Assembly (NCBI GenBank): GCA_026004595.1
Contig: BPJL01000001.1
Coordinates: 90,486-154,485, forward strand
Direction: 5' to 3'
From: Patescibacteria group bacterium
GTDB taxonomy: Bacteria > Patescibacteriota > WWE3 > UBA101185 > UBA10185
DNA length: 64,000 nucleotides
Positions 1 to 10,163 of the stretch are shown here, one piece after another. Below the pieces are notes generated by a model. The model worked only from the letters and a program-made list of their open reading frames with translations. It made no database searches and had not been told where the DNA came from. The position numbers and the translations under genes were made by a program. The stretch's first letter is position 1. The number at the start of each line of letters is the position of its first letter.

Positions 1-253
1 ACGGCTTATCTCTGCCGTGCAATAGCCTTAAAATATCTTCCTTTTTATAACGCCTATCTTTTCTCTGACCAAAACGAACGGACTGAAGTATACCCTTTTT
101 ATCCCACTGACGCAGGGTGTTTGGATGAACGCTAAGCAATTTACTTGCCTGCGAAAGAGTCAACAGTTGTGGAATCGTTTGATCAATCATAATTGATAGA
201 CAACTCACTATTTGTTAACATTAGATTACAATAAGCAACAACTTGTTGCAAGT

Positions 254-1444
254 ATGAAAAAAAATATGAAGATAAAAAATAGTAAATTCTTCAAGCAGAA
301 AAGCTACGCAACTTGGCAGTTATTTCTTCTTAAATCTCTGCTTCTTGAACCAGATGAAGCAGATGAAATTGAAACTAATTTGGAACTCTATACCTATCCC
401 GCTAAACAAAAGTTCGAACCTTTTAACGAAAGAATGGTGCTAGCAATGCTTCTTGAACTGGCAGAAAACTTTGGAATGGAAATAAGAGGCTTGATTACGG
501 AAGGGGCATTGAGTTACGACGATCCTGATAAACGGCTACAAGTAATATCCACGATAGAAAATAGCAGCGAACCCTTATATCAGAAGGCATTAAAAGGTGG
601 GCTTGATGCAAAACATATCAGCACATTACTCAATAGCAACCTGGAATATCGTGACGACATCCTTGATAGTAAATTCACCCTCTATTTAAAATTCAACGAC
701 AGCAAAAAGGAGATAACTAGACTTCTAAACCACCTGACAGCGCTTTTTATGCTTGGGAAAATCGAGAAACATGGTCAATTTCTCCAACACACTACCTATA
801 CTTATGAGTATCAAAAGGCGACTTTTCTCAAAAATATTTCCTCTTATATTGCTCGGTTTGGTAAGAATTTGGATCTCAAAGAAAGTAAAGACGCAAAGAT
901 CTTCGGCAAAGATACCACTAAGGTTAACTTCCTAGAAACTTTATTAGGGTTAGAAAAAGAAGGGTATATAACAATCATTGGGATCAGCCCTATCAATTTC
1001 GATATACCCCAGCATAGTAAGACAAAACAAGAAGCTATCGTGTCGCTTACTGTCAGCGACGACTTAGCACAAACAGCTCAGTTAGCCAGACCCGACAATG
1101 AGGTTTTCACCTGGGGAAAACTAAAAATTGATATGACAAAGGGGATTATGCAGTATAAAAGCGGGAAAGCAAAAGAAATCTCACCCTCGCAAGATGAAAT
1201 CAAACTCCTAGTTCTTCTGATGCAGACAAATCGAATCGTAAAATACTCCGAAATAGCCAAAAAACTAGATATGAACTGCCAGATGGCAGACCCTGCAGAA
1301 GTCGCCAGGGCAGTGCAGTATCTGCGAAGAAATATTGTCCCCATTCTTGAAGGTGTGGGCATGACTAGGAGAGAAATCCAAAACATGATCATTTCCAAAA
1401 GGAATATCGGCTATAAACTTCGTCGCTCCACTTCTTCCTTATAA
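254..1444 (+). CDS. Hypothetical regulator with C-terminal OmpR/PhoB-type winged helix
   Basis: C-terminus (FTWGKLKIDMTKG...LLVLLMQTNRIVKYSEIA...ISKRNIGYKL) fits Trans_reg_C; N-terminal region unrecognised; start uncertain (212/254/266). Confidence 0.65.
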   Translation: MKKNMKIKNSKFFKQKSYATWQLFLLKSLLLEPDEADEIETNLELYTYPAKQKFEPFNERMVLAMLLELAENFGMEIRGLITEGALSYDDPDKRLQVISTIENSSEPLYQKALKGGLDAKHISTLLNSNLEYRDDILDSKFTLYLKFNDSKKEITRLLNHLTALFMLGKIEKHGQFLQHTTYTYEYQKATFLKNISSYIARFGKNLDLKESKDAKIFGKDTTKVNFLETLLGLEKEGYITIIGISPINFDIPQHSKTKQEAIVSLTVSDDLAQTAQLARPDNEVFTWGKLKIDMTKGIMQYKSGKAKEISPSQDEIKLLVLLMQTNRIVKYSEIAKKLDMNCQMADPAEVARAVQYLRRNIVPILEGVGMTRREIQNMIISKRNIGYKLRRSTSSL

Positions 1445-1533
1445 AAATCACAAAAAGGTCGTAAAAGAATCCGTGGCAACTTGCTGTCGCCTTAGTAAGA
1501 ATATGAGTAGTTATCAAAACGATAATTATCACT

Positions 1534-1785
1534 ATGACACAGCAAGAATTAAACGAGAATTACTACCAGACAAGTGATCTATCGCTTGCCACTACCCTCT
1601 CTTTATTCTGCCCCATTGAAAACATTGAGCGCTCCAATCCCCGTAAAGCTGTGTTCCTCTTCCGAAAAACTCCTGAGCTAGAAAAGTTAGTTGATCAGTA
1701 TTTCCGAAATGAAATCAAAATCTCACCACAAGTTTATTTCAACCAGTTACGGGTCATTAAAGCCCGTCTGTATGCCAACGAATAA
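1534..1785 (+). CDS. DUF5659-like small protein
   Basis: YQTSDLSLATTL...AVFLF...LVDQYFRNEIKISPQVYFNQLRVIKARLY pattern. Confidence 0.65.
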   Translation: MTQQELNENYYQTSDLSLATTLSLFCPIENIERSNPRKAVFLFRKTPELEKLVDQYFRNEIKISPQVYFNQLRVIKARLYANE

Positions 1786-1790
1786 TAACT

Positions 1791-1958
1791 ATGATAAGCA
1801 GACAACTTTTATTAGAGCTAAAAACAATTCTTGAAGAAGATTACAGATTAAACTTTACATTTGAGGAGATAACGGAAATTGGCACAGCTCTTTTAAGGTT
1901 CGTCGAAACTCTATTAAAAGTTGAGGCTAAATACAACAATGAAAAAAAGGAACACTAA
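1791..1958 (+). CDS. 55-aa helical hypothetical protein (absent from ORF track)
   Basis: Hand translation MISRQLLLELKTILEEDYRLNFTFEEITEIGTALLRFVETLLKVEAKYNNEKKEH*; fills the gap in the operon and overlaps the next start. Confidence 0.7.
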   Translation: MISRQLLLELKTILEEDYRLNFTFEEITEIGTALLRFVETLLKVEAKYNNEKKEH

Positions 1959-2322
1959 TTTCAATTGGAATAAGGCAATCATTTACGACGGCTTACTTGG
2001 CGAGATTTCCCCCGTTGATTGGCAGACACTTACTGCTCTGGTTGCCTTTGTAGATGGACAAGGTAGATGCAGACCGTCATTAGAAGACCTTTGTGCTGTC
2101 TTGGGGTTAGCCAACATTGCCAGCGCAAGCAAACGACTAAGCAAGTTGGAAAAGAAAACTTTTGAAGGACTACCAGTAGTCACTATCAGGCGAGGTAAAA
2201 AGCAAAACGATAAAGGGGTATGGGTATTTACTAATAACCAATACCAGCTACACCCAGCCATACTAGCTGTCTTTAATCTCTCTCCCGCAAGGAAAAGCTA
2301 CCAAATGAGAGAGACAAGCTGA
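1939..2322 (+). CDS. Winged-helix protein resembling phage replication-initiator N-terminal domains
   Basis: GRCRPSLEDLCAVLG...SASKRLSKLE...NNQYQL matches the C(F/Y)PS-HTH...N-x-Y pattern. Confidence 0.6.
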   Translation: MKKRNTNFNWNKAIIYDGLLGEISPVDWQTLTALVAFVDGQGRCRPSLEDLCAVLGLANIASASKRLSKLEKKTFEGLPVVTIRRGKKQNDKGVWVFTNNQYQLHPAILAVFNLSPARKSYQMRETS

Positions 2323-2349
2323 AGTTAAATAAACTTAATTTGAATAACT

Positions 2350-2748
2350 ATGATAACCATCGATGACATAACAATAAAAATAAGGATGCTCAACCGTCCC
2401 TGGCTTTTAGCCCAAGCAACAGTTATTTTCTCCGACATTATCGAAACAAAAGGTTGGAAGATACTGCGCTCCACTAAAATGCACGAACGATTTCAAGAAG
2501 AGATTTGGATTCAAGCCCCCAGCTTTTCAAAAGGAGCAATAAACGGTAAAGAAGTCTGGGATGAAATTATATGGATCAATGATAGAAGGCTTTACGAACA
2601 AATTGAGGAGAAAATCTATAACGCCTTCTTTGCAAAACGCAATAAAGAAAACGGTGAACAAGGCGTAGCCGAAGCGAGGAAACAAAAAGAAGAAATTGAT
2701 GTTCCAGTAAATCTTGAAGATATCGATATTGACAAAATACCACTATGA
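2350..2748 (+). CDS. SpoVG-like protein with acidic SSB-like tail
   Basis: LLAQATVIF...KGWKIL...IWIQAPS...LYEQIEEKIYNAF; ends EDIDIDKIPL. Confidence 0.55.
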   Translation: MITIDDITIKIRMLNRPWLLAQATVIFSDIIETKGWKILRSTKMHERFQEEIWIQAPSFSKGAINGKEVWDEIIWINDRRLYEQIEEKIYNAFFAKRNKENGEQGVAEARKQKEEIDVPVNLEDIDIDKIPL

Positions 2749-3200
2749 AAAACACAAAGATACTTTTTATAAGGCTTTATATAGGGACTCTATATAGCAA
2801 CTTTATTGTTCCTTTAAGGGGAAGTAACTATACACAGTTACTATATGGTGATCTTAAGAAGAGATTAGGTTTTTTCTTTGGACAAATACGCTGGCTCGCT
2901 TGGCAAGAACACACAAACGGACTAGTGCAGATTTCGAGCAGAATTAGGGCAACCTTTGAAGCCGATGAACTTGACCAAAACTTGACTGAAACTTGGCTGG
3001 GAACACTTCTCCAACTTTTCTCTAATACTTCCTCAAAAATAGCATCGGATGTCATCAGAATTTCATTGGTTTATCATCAAAAAATTACCACCAAAATACC
3101 ACTGAAATACCACCAGAAATTAGGACATATAAACAAAGTTTGCAAGCAAAATCAAAGAAAGGAATATCAATATAACTTGTCATCTCTTGATATTACTTAA
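2745..3200 (+). CDS. Questionable hypothetical ORF spanning a repeat/hairpin region
   Basis: ATGA overlap with the upstream stop supports it; no recognisable domain. Confidence 0.35.
   Translation: MKNTKILFIRLYIGTLYSNFIVPLRGSNYTQLLYGDLKKRLGFFFGQIRWLAWQEHTNGLVQISSRIRATFEADELDQNLTETWLGTLLQLFSNTSSKIASDVIRISLVYHQKITTKIPLKYHQKLGHINKVCKQNQRKEYQYNLSSLDIT
3086..3120. repeat. Three imperfect ~11-bp tandem repeats
   Basis: taccaccaaaa taccactgaaa taccaccagaaa. Confidence 0.6.
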
Positions 3201-3236
3201 CAGTTTATTTATGTTGTGTTGCTAACGAAAAAACCT

Positions 3237-4850
3237 ATGAAAACCGTCATATTCTGCCGAGTCAGCAGCAAAGAACAGGAAGAAACAGGTTACTCCCTAC
3301 CTGCTCAGGAGAAATTCTTGAGGGAGTATGCTGATAAACAGGGTTTGGAAGTCACTAAAGTATTTGCAATCTCCGAGTCAGCAGCAGGTAAAGTCCAGAG
3401 GAAAACCTTCAATGAGATGATCGAGTATGTCAGAAAGAAAAACATTTGCTCCATTGTCGTTGAGACAACAGACAGACTTACCAGAAACTTCTCCGATGTG
3501 CCAATTATCGACCAGTGGATTATGGAAAACGAAGAACACCAAATCCACTTGGCAAAAGAAGCCTGTGTGTTACACAATTCCTCCCGTTCCCACGAATGGT
3601 TTATGTGGCGGGTTAAGGTAGCCACAGCCGAGTATTATGTCCGTCTCCTTTCTGAGAATGTCAAAAAGGGTCAAAAAGAAAAACTGGCACAAGGCTGGAT
3701 ACCAACAAAACCGCCAATTGGATACAAAACTGTTGGTGAAACAGGACATAAAATTCATATTATTGACGAGGCAACCGCACCTTTGATCAGAAAGATGTTT
3801 GAGTATTATGCTTCAGGGCAGTTCTCAATCAAACGGCTTGTTATGACAATGTATAGAGAGGGGCTGCGCTCTCCACAAGGAAATAAGATCGTCAATAGCC
3901 GAATCCACTCCCTACTGCGTGATCCTTTTTATATTGGTAAAATAAGATGGAACGATGAAATCTATGACGGCAAACACGAACCTTTAATTAGTAAAGAAAT
4001 ATTTGATAAAGTTCAAGCATTACTTGTGAGTAAAACTACACCCAAATATAACAAGCACGACTACCTTTTCAAAGGCTTAATCCGCTGTGCAGGCTGTGAT
4101 GGTTTAATTACTTGGGAAGTTCATAAAGGACATCGCTATGGACACTGCAACCATTATCACAACTGTACCAAAACCAAATGGGTTAAAGAACCAGAGATTG
4201 AAGAACAACTTTTATCGGGCTTTGACAACCTGAAACTCAAAAACAGCCGTATTGTCGAATGGTTAAAGAAAGCGCTCAAAGAAAGTCACCAGGACGAGAT
4301 TACCTACCACAATAGTACTGTCGGCGAGCTTGAAGCCCGCTACGAGGCGATTCAGAAGCGAATGGACAAGTTATACGATGACAAGCTGGATGAAAAGATT
4401 ACACCCGACTTTTACAGCAGGAAATTCAAGCAGTATTCAGAAGAAAAGGATGAAATTGCCGAAAGCATCAAAAGGCACTCTACCGCCAGCACAGGCTACT
4501 TAAACTTGGGTATTAACCTTTATGAACTCTCCCAGCGAGCCAAAGAGATTTACCTTAAAGCCAAAGAAAAAGGTATGATGGATGAGCAAAAAAGCCTTAT
4601 CAGACTGGTATTTGCCAAGTTAATCCTGGATGAGGACAAATTAAGTTGGGAATACTCCAAAGCCTTTAAAATCCTCTCTGAAGCGGTTGACGAGACTAAT
4701 AGTTCGAAAGTGGTAAAAATTGACGAATTTGAAAAAGGAAAATTCGAACCTACGAAAAAGAGCGATGTTACGGGACAAAAGGACTCTTTGTTGCCCTCTC
4801 GTCCCATCTGGCTCCCCCGGGTGGACTCGAACCACCAACCTGCCGGTTAA
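3237..4850 (+). CDS. Large serine recombinase (integrase)
   Basis: Catalytic CRVSS and DRLTR motifs, recombinase domain (PPIGYK, GKHEPLIS), zinc ribbon CAGC...CNHYHNC, coiled coil. Confidence 0.95.
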   Translation: MKTVIFCRVSSKEQEETGYSLPAQEKFLREYADKQGLEVTKVFAISESAAGKVQRKTFNEMIEYVRKKNICSIVVETTDRLTRNFSDVPIIDQWIMENEEHQIHLAKEACVLHNSSRSHEWFMWRVKVATAEYYVRLLSENVKKGQKEKLAQGWIPTKPPIGYKTVGETGHKIHIIDEATAPLIRKMFEYYASGQFSIKRLVMTMYREGLRSPQGNKIVNSRIHSLLRDPFYIGKIRWNDEIYDGKHEPLISKEIFDKVQALLVSKTTPKYNKHDYLFKGLIRCAGCDGLITWEVHKGHRYGHCNHYHNCTKTKWVKEPEIEEQLLSGFDNLKLKNSRIVEWLKKALKESHQDEITYHNSTVGELEARYEAIQKRMDKLYDDKLDEKITPDFYSRKFKQYSEEKDEIAESIKRHSTASTGYLNLGINLYELSQRAKEIYLKAKEKGMMDEQKSLIRLVFAKLILDEDKLSWEYSKAFKILSEAVDETNSSKVVKIDEFEKGKFEPTKKSDVTGQKDSLLPSRPIWLPRVDSNHQPAG

Positions 4851-4883
4851 CAGCCGGACGCTCTACCATTGAGCTACAGGGGA
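4809..4883 (-). tRNA. tRNA-Asn (GTT)
   Basis: Cloverleaf TCCCCTG...CCGG CTGTTAA CCGG...GGTTCGAGTCC...CGGGGGAGCCA. Confidence 0.97.
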
Positions 4884-4902
4884 ACGAAGCACAAAAATAC
4901 TA

Positions 4903-5820
4903 TCACATCGTTTTTGGCGGTTCAATGAGTGATTGTGGACTTTCTGGACTCGGTTCCGTTTTCTTCTTTATATCTCTCTTTATCTCCAAAAGCACCAAAA
5001 AGGCAATCAGCAAATTAACAAACATAAACCAGAACGGCACAACTGCAACTAAATTCAAAAAGCCTAGCACAACATCCATCAAAATCGGCAAAGTCATGGC
5101 ATGAAGACCAATTCTCAATGCTTTTTTAAAATCCACCGCAACCTTCATCAATCTGCTAATCCCGAAAATCAGCCCCCCAACTATTGCTATGTAAATGCCC
5201 CGAAACACAGCGTAGTACACAACCGCTCCCGAGAATGTAAACAAGATGATAGCTAGGGGAATCATCCAAGCCGCCAATACGCGAGCGTTTCTGGTTGCCG
5301 CCAAAATTTTAGACTTGTCCAAAGTAGTGTCGGGCATGTCCTTCAAGGGCAAGACATCCGGCTCTCCAGCTTTTCTTACAAGTATGTTTTTTTCATTAAC
5401 TAAAATCATTGTGTCATAGTTCTTAATATCTGCGACTGTTCCATTCTTATCTAAAACTACTAGGTTTTTCGGCATAGTTTCCTGTTCAGGACGTATGGTG
5501 TTTTCCATTTCGGTTTTCGGGAGTTCAAAAATCAATGGAAGGGGTTTATTAACTTCCCATTCTCCGCCTTTTATTGTGAAAACCAAATCTTCGGGGAAGG
5601 ATTTTTCAAGTTCATTCAACGTTTTATCTACATACTGCCTAGCCCTTGGCCCTTCTATCAGATAAGTTCCAGCAGAAGTTATGGTGGCCGCAATAAGTAC
5701 CAAAACCGCGTAATACTTGATTGAAAAATCAAATTTCGTTTTAAAAATCTCCAGATAATATTTCGGAGAAACTATGCTTTTATAGGCGATATAAAAGAAT
5801 GCCTTGATTTTTTTCACCAT
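4903..5820 (-). CDS. DUF1189-like membrane protein
   Basis: N-terminal TM, extracytoplasmic loop, several C-terminal TMs with HAMTLP motif. Confidence 0.65.
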   Translation of the reverse strand: MVKKIKAFFYIAYKSIVSPKYYLEIFKTKFDFSIKYYAVLVLIAATITSAGTYLIEGPRARQYVDKTLNELEKSFPEDLVFTIKGGEWEVNKPLPLIFELPKTEMENTIRPEQETMPKNLVVLDKNGTVADIKNYDTMILVNEKNILVRKAGEPDVLPLKDMPDTTLDKSKILAATRNARVLAAWMIPLAIILFTFSGAVVYYAVFRGIYIAIVGGLIFGISRLMKVAVDFKKALRIGLHAMTLPILMDVVLGFLNLVAVVPFWFMFVNLLIAFLVLLEIKRDIKKKTEPSPESPQSLIEPPKTM

Positions 5821-5879
5821 AGTATTTTAGCATAGGACAGTTTGAGTTTCTGTTTGATAGCCGATCTGCTGGCTCTAAG

Positions 5880-5914
5880 TTGACTCTCCAACATATATAG
5901 ACTATTATCTATCT
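5880..5914 (+). promoter_or_regulatory. Sigma70 promoter of the suf operon with overlapping inverted repeat (putative ArsR operator)
   Basis: TTGACT-17 nt-TATTAT; ATAGA-ctatta-TCTAT dyad across the -10. Confidence 0.65.
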
Positions 5915-5917
5915 GTT

Positions 5918-6196
5918 ATGTCGGAAATACCTTGTGTAAAATGCTTCAGCACCCTTGGTGTTGGCTCTCGCATGAGAATATTTGAATACCTAAGAAAAGC
6001 CGGGAAAGCCACTGTTGGCGAAATTGTTGATGTTGTAAAGCTGACCCAGCCGACGATTTCCTACCACCTAAAGGAAATGAAGACAGCGGGCTTGTTGGAA
6101 AATGAAAAATTTGGAAAAGAGGTCATGTATCGTATCAGAAAAAAGTGTCCTTCACGCAACGAGGATTGTATTTTAAGCAAACTAAAATTTTCCTAA
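5918..6196 (+). CDS. ArsR/SmtB-family regulator, Cys-containing (SufR-like role)
   Basis: SRMRIF...TQPTISYHLKEMK.AGL HTH; CVKC and two C-terminal Cys. Confidence 0.9.
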   Translation: MSEIPCVKCFSTLGVGSRMRIFEYLRKAGKATVGEIVDVVKLTQPTISYHLKEMKTAGLLENEKFGKEVMYRIRKKCPSRNEDCILSKLKFS

Positions 6197-6963
6197 TGAA
6201 AAACTCTCTTGAAATAGAAAACTTAAGGGTCACGGTGGACGAGAAAGAGATTTTGACCGGTGTTGATTTAAAAATAAAACCAAAAGAAGTTCATGCGCTG
6301 ATGGGCAGAAATGGTTCGGGAAAAAGCACTCTTGCCCAAACATTAATGGGAAACCCGATCTATAAAGTTGTTGAGGGTTCCGCGAAAATTTATGGCAAGG
6401 AGATTTTGAACCTTGAGCCTACCGAACGAGCCCAATTAGGTCTTTTTTTGTCTTTTCAATACCCCAGCGAAATACCTGGGGTAAGAGTGTATAGCTACCT
6501 TCGTATGCTTTACAACAAATCGCACGAGCAAAAACTATCTCCGAAAATGTTCAAAGAACTTTTGCAAGAAAATATGAAACTTTTGGAAATGGATGATTCT
6601 TTTGCCGATCGTTTTTTGAACGAGGGTTTTTCTGGCGGAGAGAAAAAAAGAATGGAGATGCTTCAAATGATGATGTTGGAACCTAAAGTGGTAATTCTTG
6701 ATGAAGTGGACAGCGGCCTAGACATTGACGCTATAAAAATCGTTTCAAAAGCAGTAAATAATTTGATGGAGAGAAACGGCACATCTGTACTATTAATAAC
6801 CCACTACTCCCGCATACTAAACCACATCAAGCCCGATTTCGTTCACATCATGCTGGACGGAAAAATAATAAAGACGGGCGGAGAGGAAGTGGCGCAGAAT
6901 CTTGAAGAGTACGGCTATAGCCAAGCAGAGCTTGTTTCTCCCACAGTTAAAGATGAAGAATAG
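6196..6963 (+). CDS. sufC: Fe-S assembly ATPase SufC
   Basis: [41 protein letters not shown]. Confidence 0.97.
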   Translation: MKNSLEIENLRVTVDEKEILTGVDLKIKPKEVHALMGRNGSGKSTLAQTLMGNPIYKVVEGSAKIYGKEILNLEPTERAQLGLFLSFQYPSEIPGVRVYSYLRMLYNKSHEQKLSPKMFKELLQENMKLLEMDDSFADRFLNEGFSGGEKKRMEMLQMMMLEPKVVILDEVDSGLDIDAIKIVSKAVNNLMERNGTSVLLITHYSRILNHIKPDFVHIMLDGKIIKTGGEEVAQNLEEYGYSQAELVSPTVKDEE

Positions 6964-8362
6964 GCGGTTGAAGGATATAAGAGAAACCTACGCCTCAAAA
7001 TACGGCTTTAGTATGCCCGAAAAGCCGATATTAAAGGCAAAAAGAGGCTTATCCGAAGATGTGGTTAGACAGATATCGCAAAGCAAAGGAGAGCCAAAGT
7101 GGATGCTTGAATATAGATTAAAAGCTTTAGAGGCATTCAACAAAAAACCTATGCCAATGTGGGGTGCCGATCTTTCCAAAATTGATTTTCAGGACATTTT
7201 TTATTTTGTAAAACCTTCTGATGAGGAAAAAAGAACTTGGGAAGATGTTCCCGAAGAAATAAAAATAACTTTTGACAGACTGGGCGTACCTCAAGCTGAG
7301 AGAGAATATCTTGCCGGGGTAAAGGCTCAGTATGATTCTGAAGTTGCGTATTCATCTTTGATAAGTGACATTGAAGATAAAGGTGTAATTTTTTCTTCAA
7401 CCGATGAAGCCTTAAGAAAACACCCCGAAATTTTCAAAGAGTATTTTGGAAAAGTTGTGCCTTTTGCCGATAATAAATTTTCTGCGTTGAACAGCGCGGT
7501 TTGGTCCGGTGGATCTTTTGTCTATGTTCCGAAAGGAGTGACCGTGAGCCGCCCTCTTCAGGCGTATTTTAGAATTAATGCTCAAAGCATGGGACAGTTT
7601 GAGAGGACATTAATTATTGTTGAAGAGGGGGCTTTTGCTCATTATGTGGAGGGGTGTACAGCACCTGTGTATTCCTCAGATTCTTTGCATGCGGCAGTAG
7701 TTGAAGTTATAGTCAAGCCCGGAGCCAGATTTAGATACACAACCATTCAGAACTGGTCTGATAATGTTTACAACCTTGTTACCAAAAGGGCTCGTGTTGA
7801 AAAAGATGCCGTAATGGAATGGGTTGATGGGAACCTCGGATCAAAAAAGACGATGAAATACCCCTCATGCTATCTGGTTGGGGAAGGCGCTAAGGGAGAA
7901 GTTTTGTCCATTGCTTATGCATCTAAAGGTCAACATCAAGACGCTGGGGGAAAGATGATTCACGCCGCCCCCAACACATCCTCCCGCATAATTTCTAAAT
8001 CTGTGAGTTTGAGAGGAGGGAGAACCAGCTATCGTGGTTTGGTTGACATAACTCCGGCAGCCCCCAACTCAAAATCAAGAGTGGAGTGCGATGCTCTGAT
8101 ACTTGATCCACTTTCTGCCACTGATACATTTCCAACTATGAGAATTAACGAAAGCTCCGCAAATGTTGAACATGAAGCAACAGTCAGCAAAATTGGCGAA
8201 GAAAAGCTTTTTTATTTGACAAGCCGAGGTTTAACTGAAAGCGAGGCAATGAGCCTGATAGTTTCGGGTTTCATTGAGCCGATTGTAAAAGAGCTTCCGA
8301 TGGAATACGCGGTTGAACTTAACAGACTGATTGAGCTTGAAATGGAAGGAAGTGTAGGATGA
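6953..8362 (+). CDS. sufB: Fe-S assembly protein SufB
   Basis: [15 protein letters not shown]-terminal [23 protein letters not shown]. Confidence 0.98.
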   Translation: MKNRRLKDIRETYASKYGFSMPEKPILKAKRGLSEDVVRQISQSKGEPKWMLEYRLKALEAFNKKPMPMWGADLSKIDFQDIFYFVKPSDEEKRTWEDVPEEIKITFDRLGVPQAEREYLAGVKAQYDSEVAYSSLISDIEDKGVIFSSTDEALRKHPEIFKEYFGKVVPFADNKFSALNSAVWSGGSFVYVPKGVTVSRPLQAYFRINAQSMGQFERTLIIVEEGAFAHYVEGCTAPVYSSDSLHAAVVEVIVKPGARFRYTTIQNWSDNVYNLVTKRARVEKDAVMEWVDGNLGSKKTMKYPSCYLVGEGAKGEVLSIAYASKGQHQDAGGKMIHAAPNTSSRIISKSVSLRGGRTSYRGLVDITPAAPNSKSRVECDALILDPLSATDTFPTMRINESSANVEHEATVSKIGEEKLFYLTSRGLTESEAMSLIVSGFIEPIVKELPMEYAVELNRLIELEMEGSVG

Positions 8363-8937
8363 AAACCCTGTTGTTAAAAGAAAAAGAAAATATGATTTTC
8401 TTCCCAGAGGAAGACACCCAATACGTTATGTTTCTTAGAAGTTCTTCAACCACGCTGGAAGTTAATTTTGAAAAAGAAGGCGTATCATGCGAAGTACTAA
8501 TTTTAGGGAAGATAAAAAAGGGAAATTCGGTGGTTCTTAACACTATTGCCCACCATCTTGTTCCCAACACTTCATGCTTAACAACTTATCACGCAGTGTT
8601 GGAAGACTCTTCTTCATCTGATTACACGGGCAAAATAATAATTGCAGAGAAGGCTTTTCAAACCACCTCATATTTGAATAATAAAACTTTAGTTGCTGGA
8701 GAGAATGTTAAGAATATATCCAAACCCGAGCTTGAAATAGAATCCGACGACGTTAAAGCTTCTCATGGTTCAAGCACCGGAAGAATAAGGGAAGAAGATA
8801 TTTTTTATCTAATCAGCAGGGGTCTCTCGAGAAAAGAAGCCGAAGAAATAATAATTGAAGGCTTTTTTGAGAATGTGTTATCTAAAATAATGGATGAGGA
8901 GGTTAGGGAAAAAGTTCGCGCCGAGGTAAAATACTGA
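8359..8937 (+). CDS. sufD: Short SufD
   Basis: [16 protein letters not shown]...FYLISRG. Confidence 0.9.
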   Translation: MKTLLLKEKENMIFFPEEDTQYVMFLRSSSTTLEVNFEKEGVSCEVLILGKIKKGNSVVLNTIAHHLVPNTSCLTTYHAVLEDSSSSDYTGKIIIAEKAFQTTSYLNNKTLVAGENVKNISKPELEIESDDVKASHGSSTGRIREEDIFYLISRGLSRKEAEEIIIEGFFENVLSKIMDEEVREKVRAEVKY

Positions 8938-8939
8938 CC

Positions 8940-10160
8940 ATGAACGTAAAAGAAATTAAAAAAGACTTTCCAATACTGAAGAAAAAAATAGGGGCGAATG
9001 ATCTAGTTTATCTTGATAATGCTGCAACTTCGCAGAAGCCTGTGCAAGTCATTGAGGCGATAAAAGATTTTTATGAAAACCACAATGCTAATGTGCACAG
9101 AGGTATTCACACATTGAGCGAAGAAGCATCGGATATGTATGAAGATGCCCGTGCTGTAGTCGCCGCTTTTTTAGGCGCTGCGCATCCCGAAGAAATAGTT
9201 TTTACCCGCGGTGCTACTGAGTCATTGAACATGGCTGCTTTTTCATGGGGTAATAAAAATTTGAAAAAAGGAGATAAAATCCTTCTTACCGTTTTTGAAC
9301 ACCATAGTAACCTTGTTCCTTGGCAGATCGTGGCGAAAAATACTGGTGCGGAACTGATGTACATAAAAACAGGCGCACAAGGGGAAATTGACATGGCAGA
9401 GTACGAGAAGAACCTCAGTCCTGAGGTAAAAATCGTATGTATTGCCCATGCATCCAATGTTTTTGGCACGGTGCTGGATATAAAGGAAATGACAAGGAAA
9501 GCTCATGCAGTTGGTGCTGTGGTTTGTGTTGATGGGGCTCAATCGGCTCCCCATATTCCGGTGAATGTTCAGAGTTTGGGTTGTGATTTTTACGCCTTTT
9601 CAGCGCACAAAATGCTGGGGCCGATGGGAGTGGGTGTTTTATACACAAAGAAGAATTTAATGGAAAACATGATACCTTGTCAGTTTGGGGGAGGAATGAT
9701 AAGTGAGGTATCGCATAAATCGGCCGAGTGGGCATCCCCTCCTGAAAAATTTGAAGCCGGTACCCCCGATGTTGCGGGGGCGATAGGATTGTCAGCCGCC
9801 GTAAAATATTTGGAAAAAATTGGAATGGAAGAAGTAAGAAAGCACGAAGTTGAGCTTAACAAGTACACTATAGAAAAGTTACAGAGTGTGGAAGGAATAA
9901 AGATAATCGGTCCGAAGGATCCTGTGAAAAGAACCGGTTTGGTATCTTTTTATTCGGAAAAAGTCCACGCGCATGACATTGCATCTGTGTTGAATTCATC
10001 CGGCGTTGCGGTAAGATCGGGGCACCATTGCGCAATGCCTTTGCATACAGAGTTGGGAATAGCGGCGACAGTAAGGGCGTCCTATTATATTTATAATGAC
10101 CATTCCGATATTGATAAATTGGTTGAAGGAGTAAAAAAGGCCCTAAAAATGCTTTCTTAA
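8940..10160 (+). CDS. sufS: Cysteine desulfurase SufS
   Basis: YLDNAATSQKP, SAHKMLGP, RSGHHCA. Confidence 0.97.
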   Translation: MNVKEIKKDFPILKKKIGANDLVYLDNAATSQKPVQVIEAIKDFYENHNANVHRGIHTLSEEASDMYEDARAVVAAFLGAAHPEEIVFTRGATESLNMAAFSWGNKNLKKGDKILLTVFEHHSNLVPWQIVAKNTGAELMYIKTGAQGEIDMAEYEKNLSPEVKIVCIAHASNVFGTVLDIKEMTRKAHAVGAVVCVDGAQSAPHIPVNVQSLGCDFYAFSAHKMLGPMGVGVLYTKKNLMENMIPCQFGGGMISEVSHKSAEWASPPEKFEAGTPDVAGAIGLSAAVKYLEKIGMEEVRKHEVELNKYTIEKLQSVEGIKIIGPKDPVKRTGLVSFYSEKVHAHDIASVLNSSGVAVRSGHHCAMPLHTELGIAATVRASYYIYNDHSDIDKLVEGVKKALKMLS

Positions 10161-10163
10161 CGT

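Larger units (their letters stand above)
1..4883. mobile_element. Right part of an integrative element inserted at the tRNA-Asn 3' end; left boundary outside the window
   Basis: Large serine recombinase overlapping the tRNA, small co-oriented DNA-binding-type ORFs, and a visibly A/C-rich + strand unlike the G/T-rich remainder. No second att copy in the window. Confidence 0.8.

Noticed and set aside
1-211. Left att site of the element
   Set aside because: No copy of the tRNA-Asn 3' sequence; only a short hairpin (ACGGC...GCCGT) that cannot be interpreted at the window edge.
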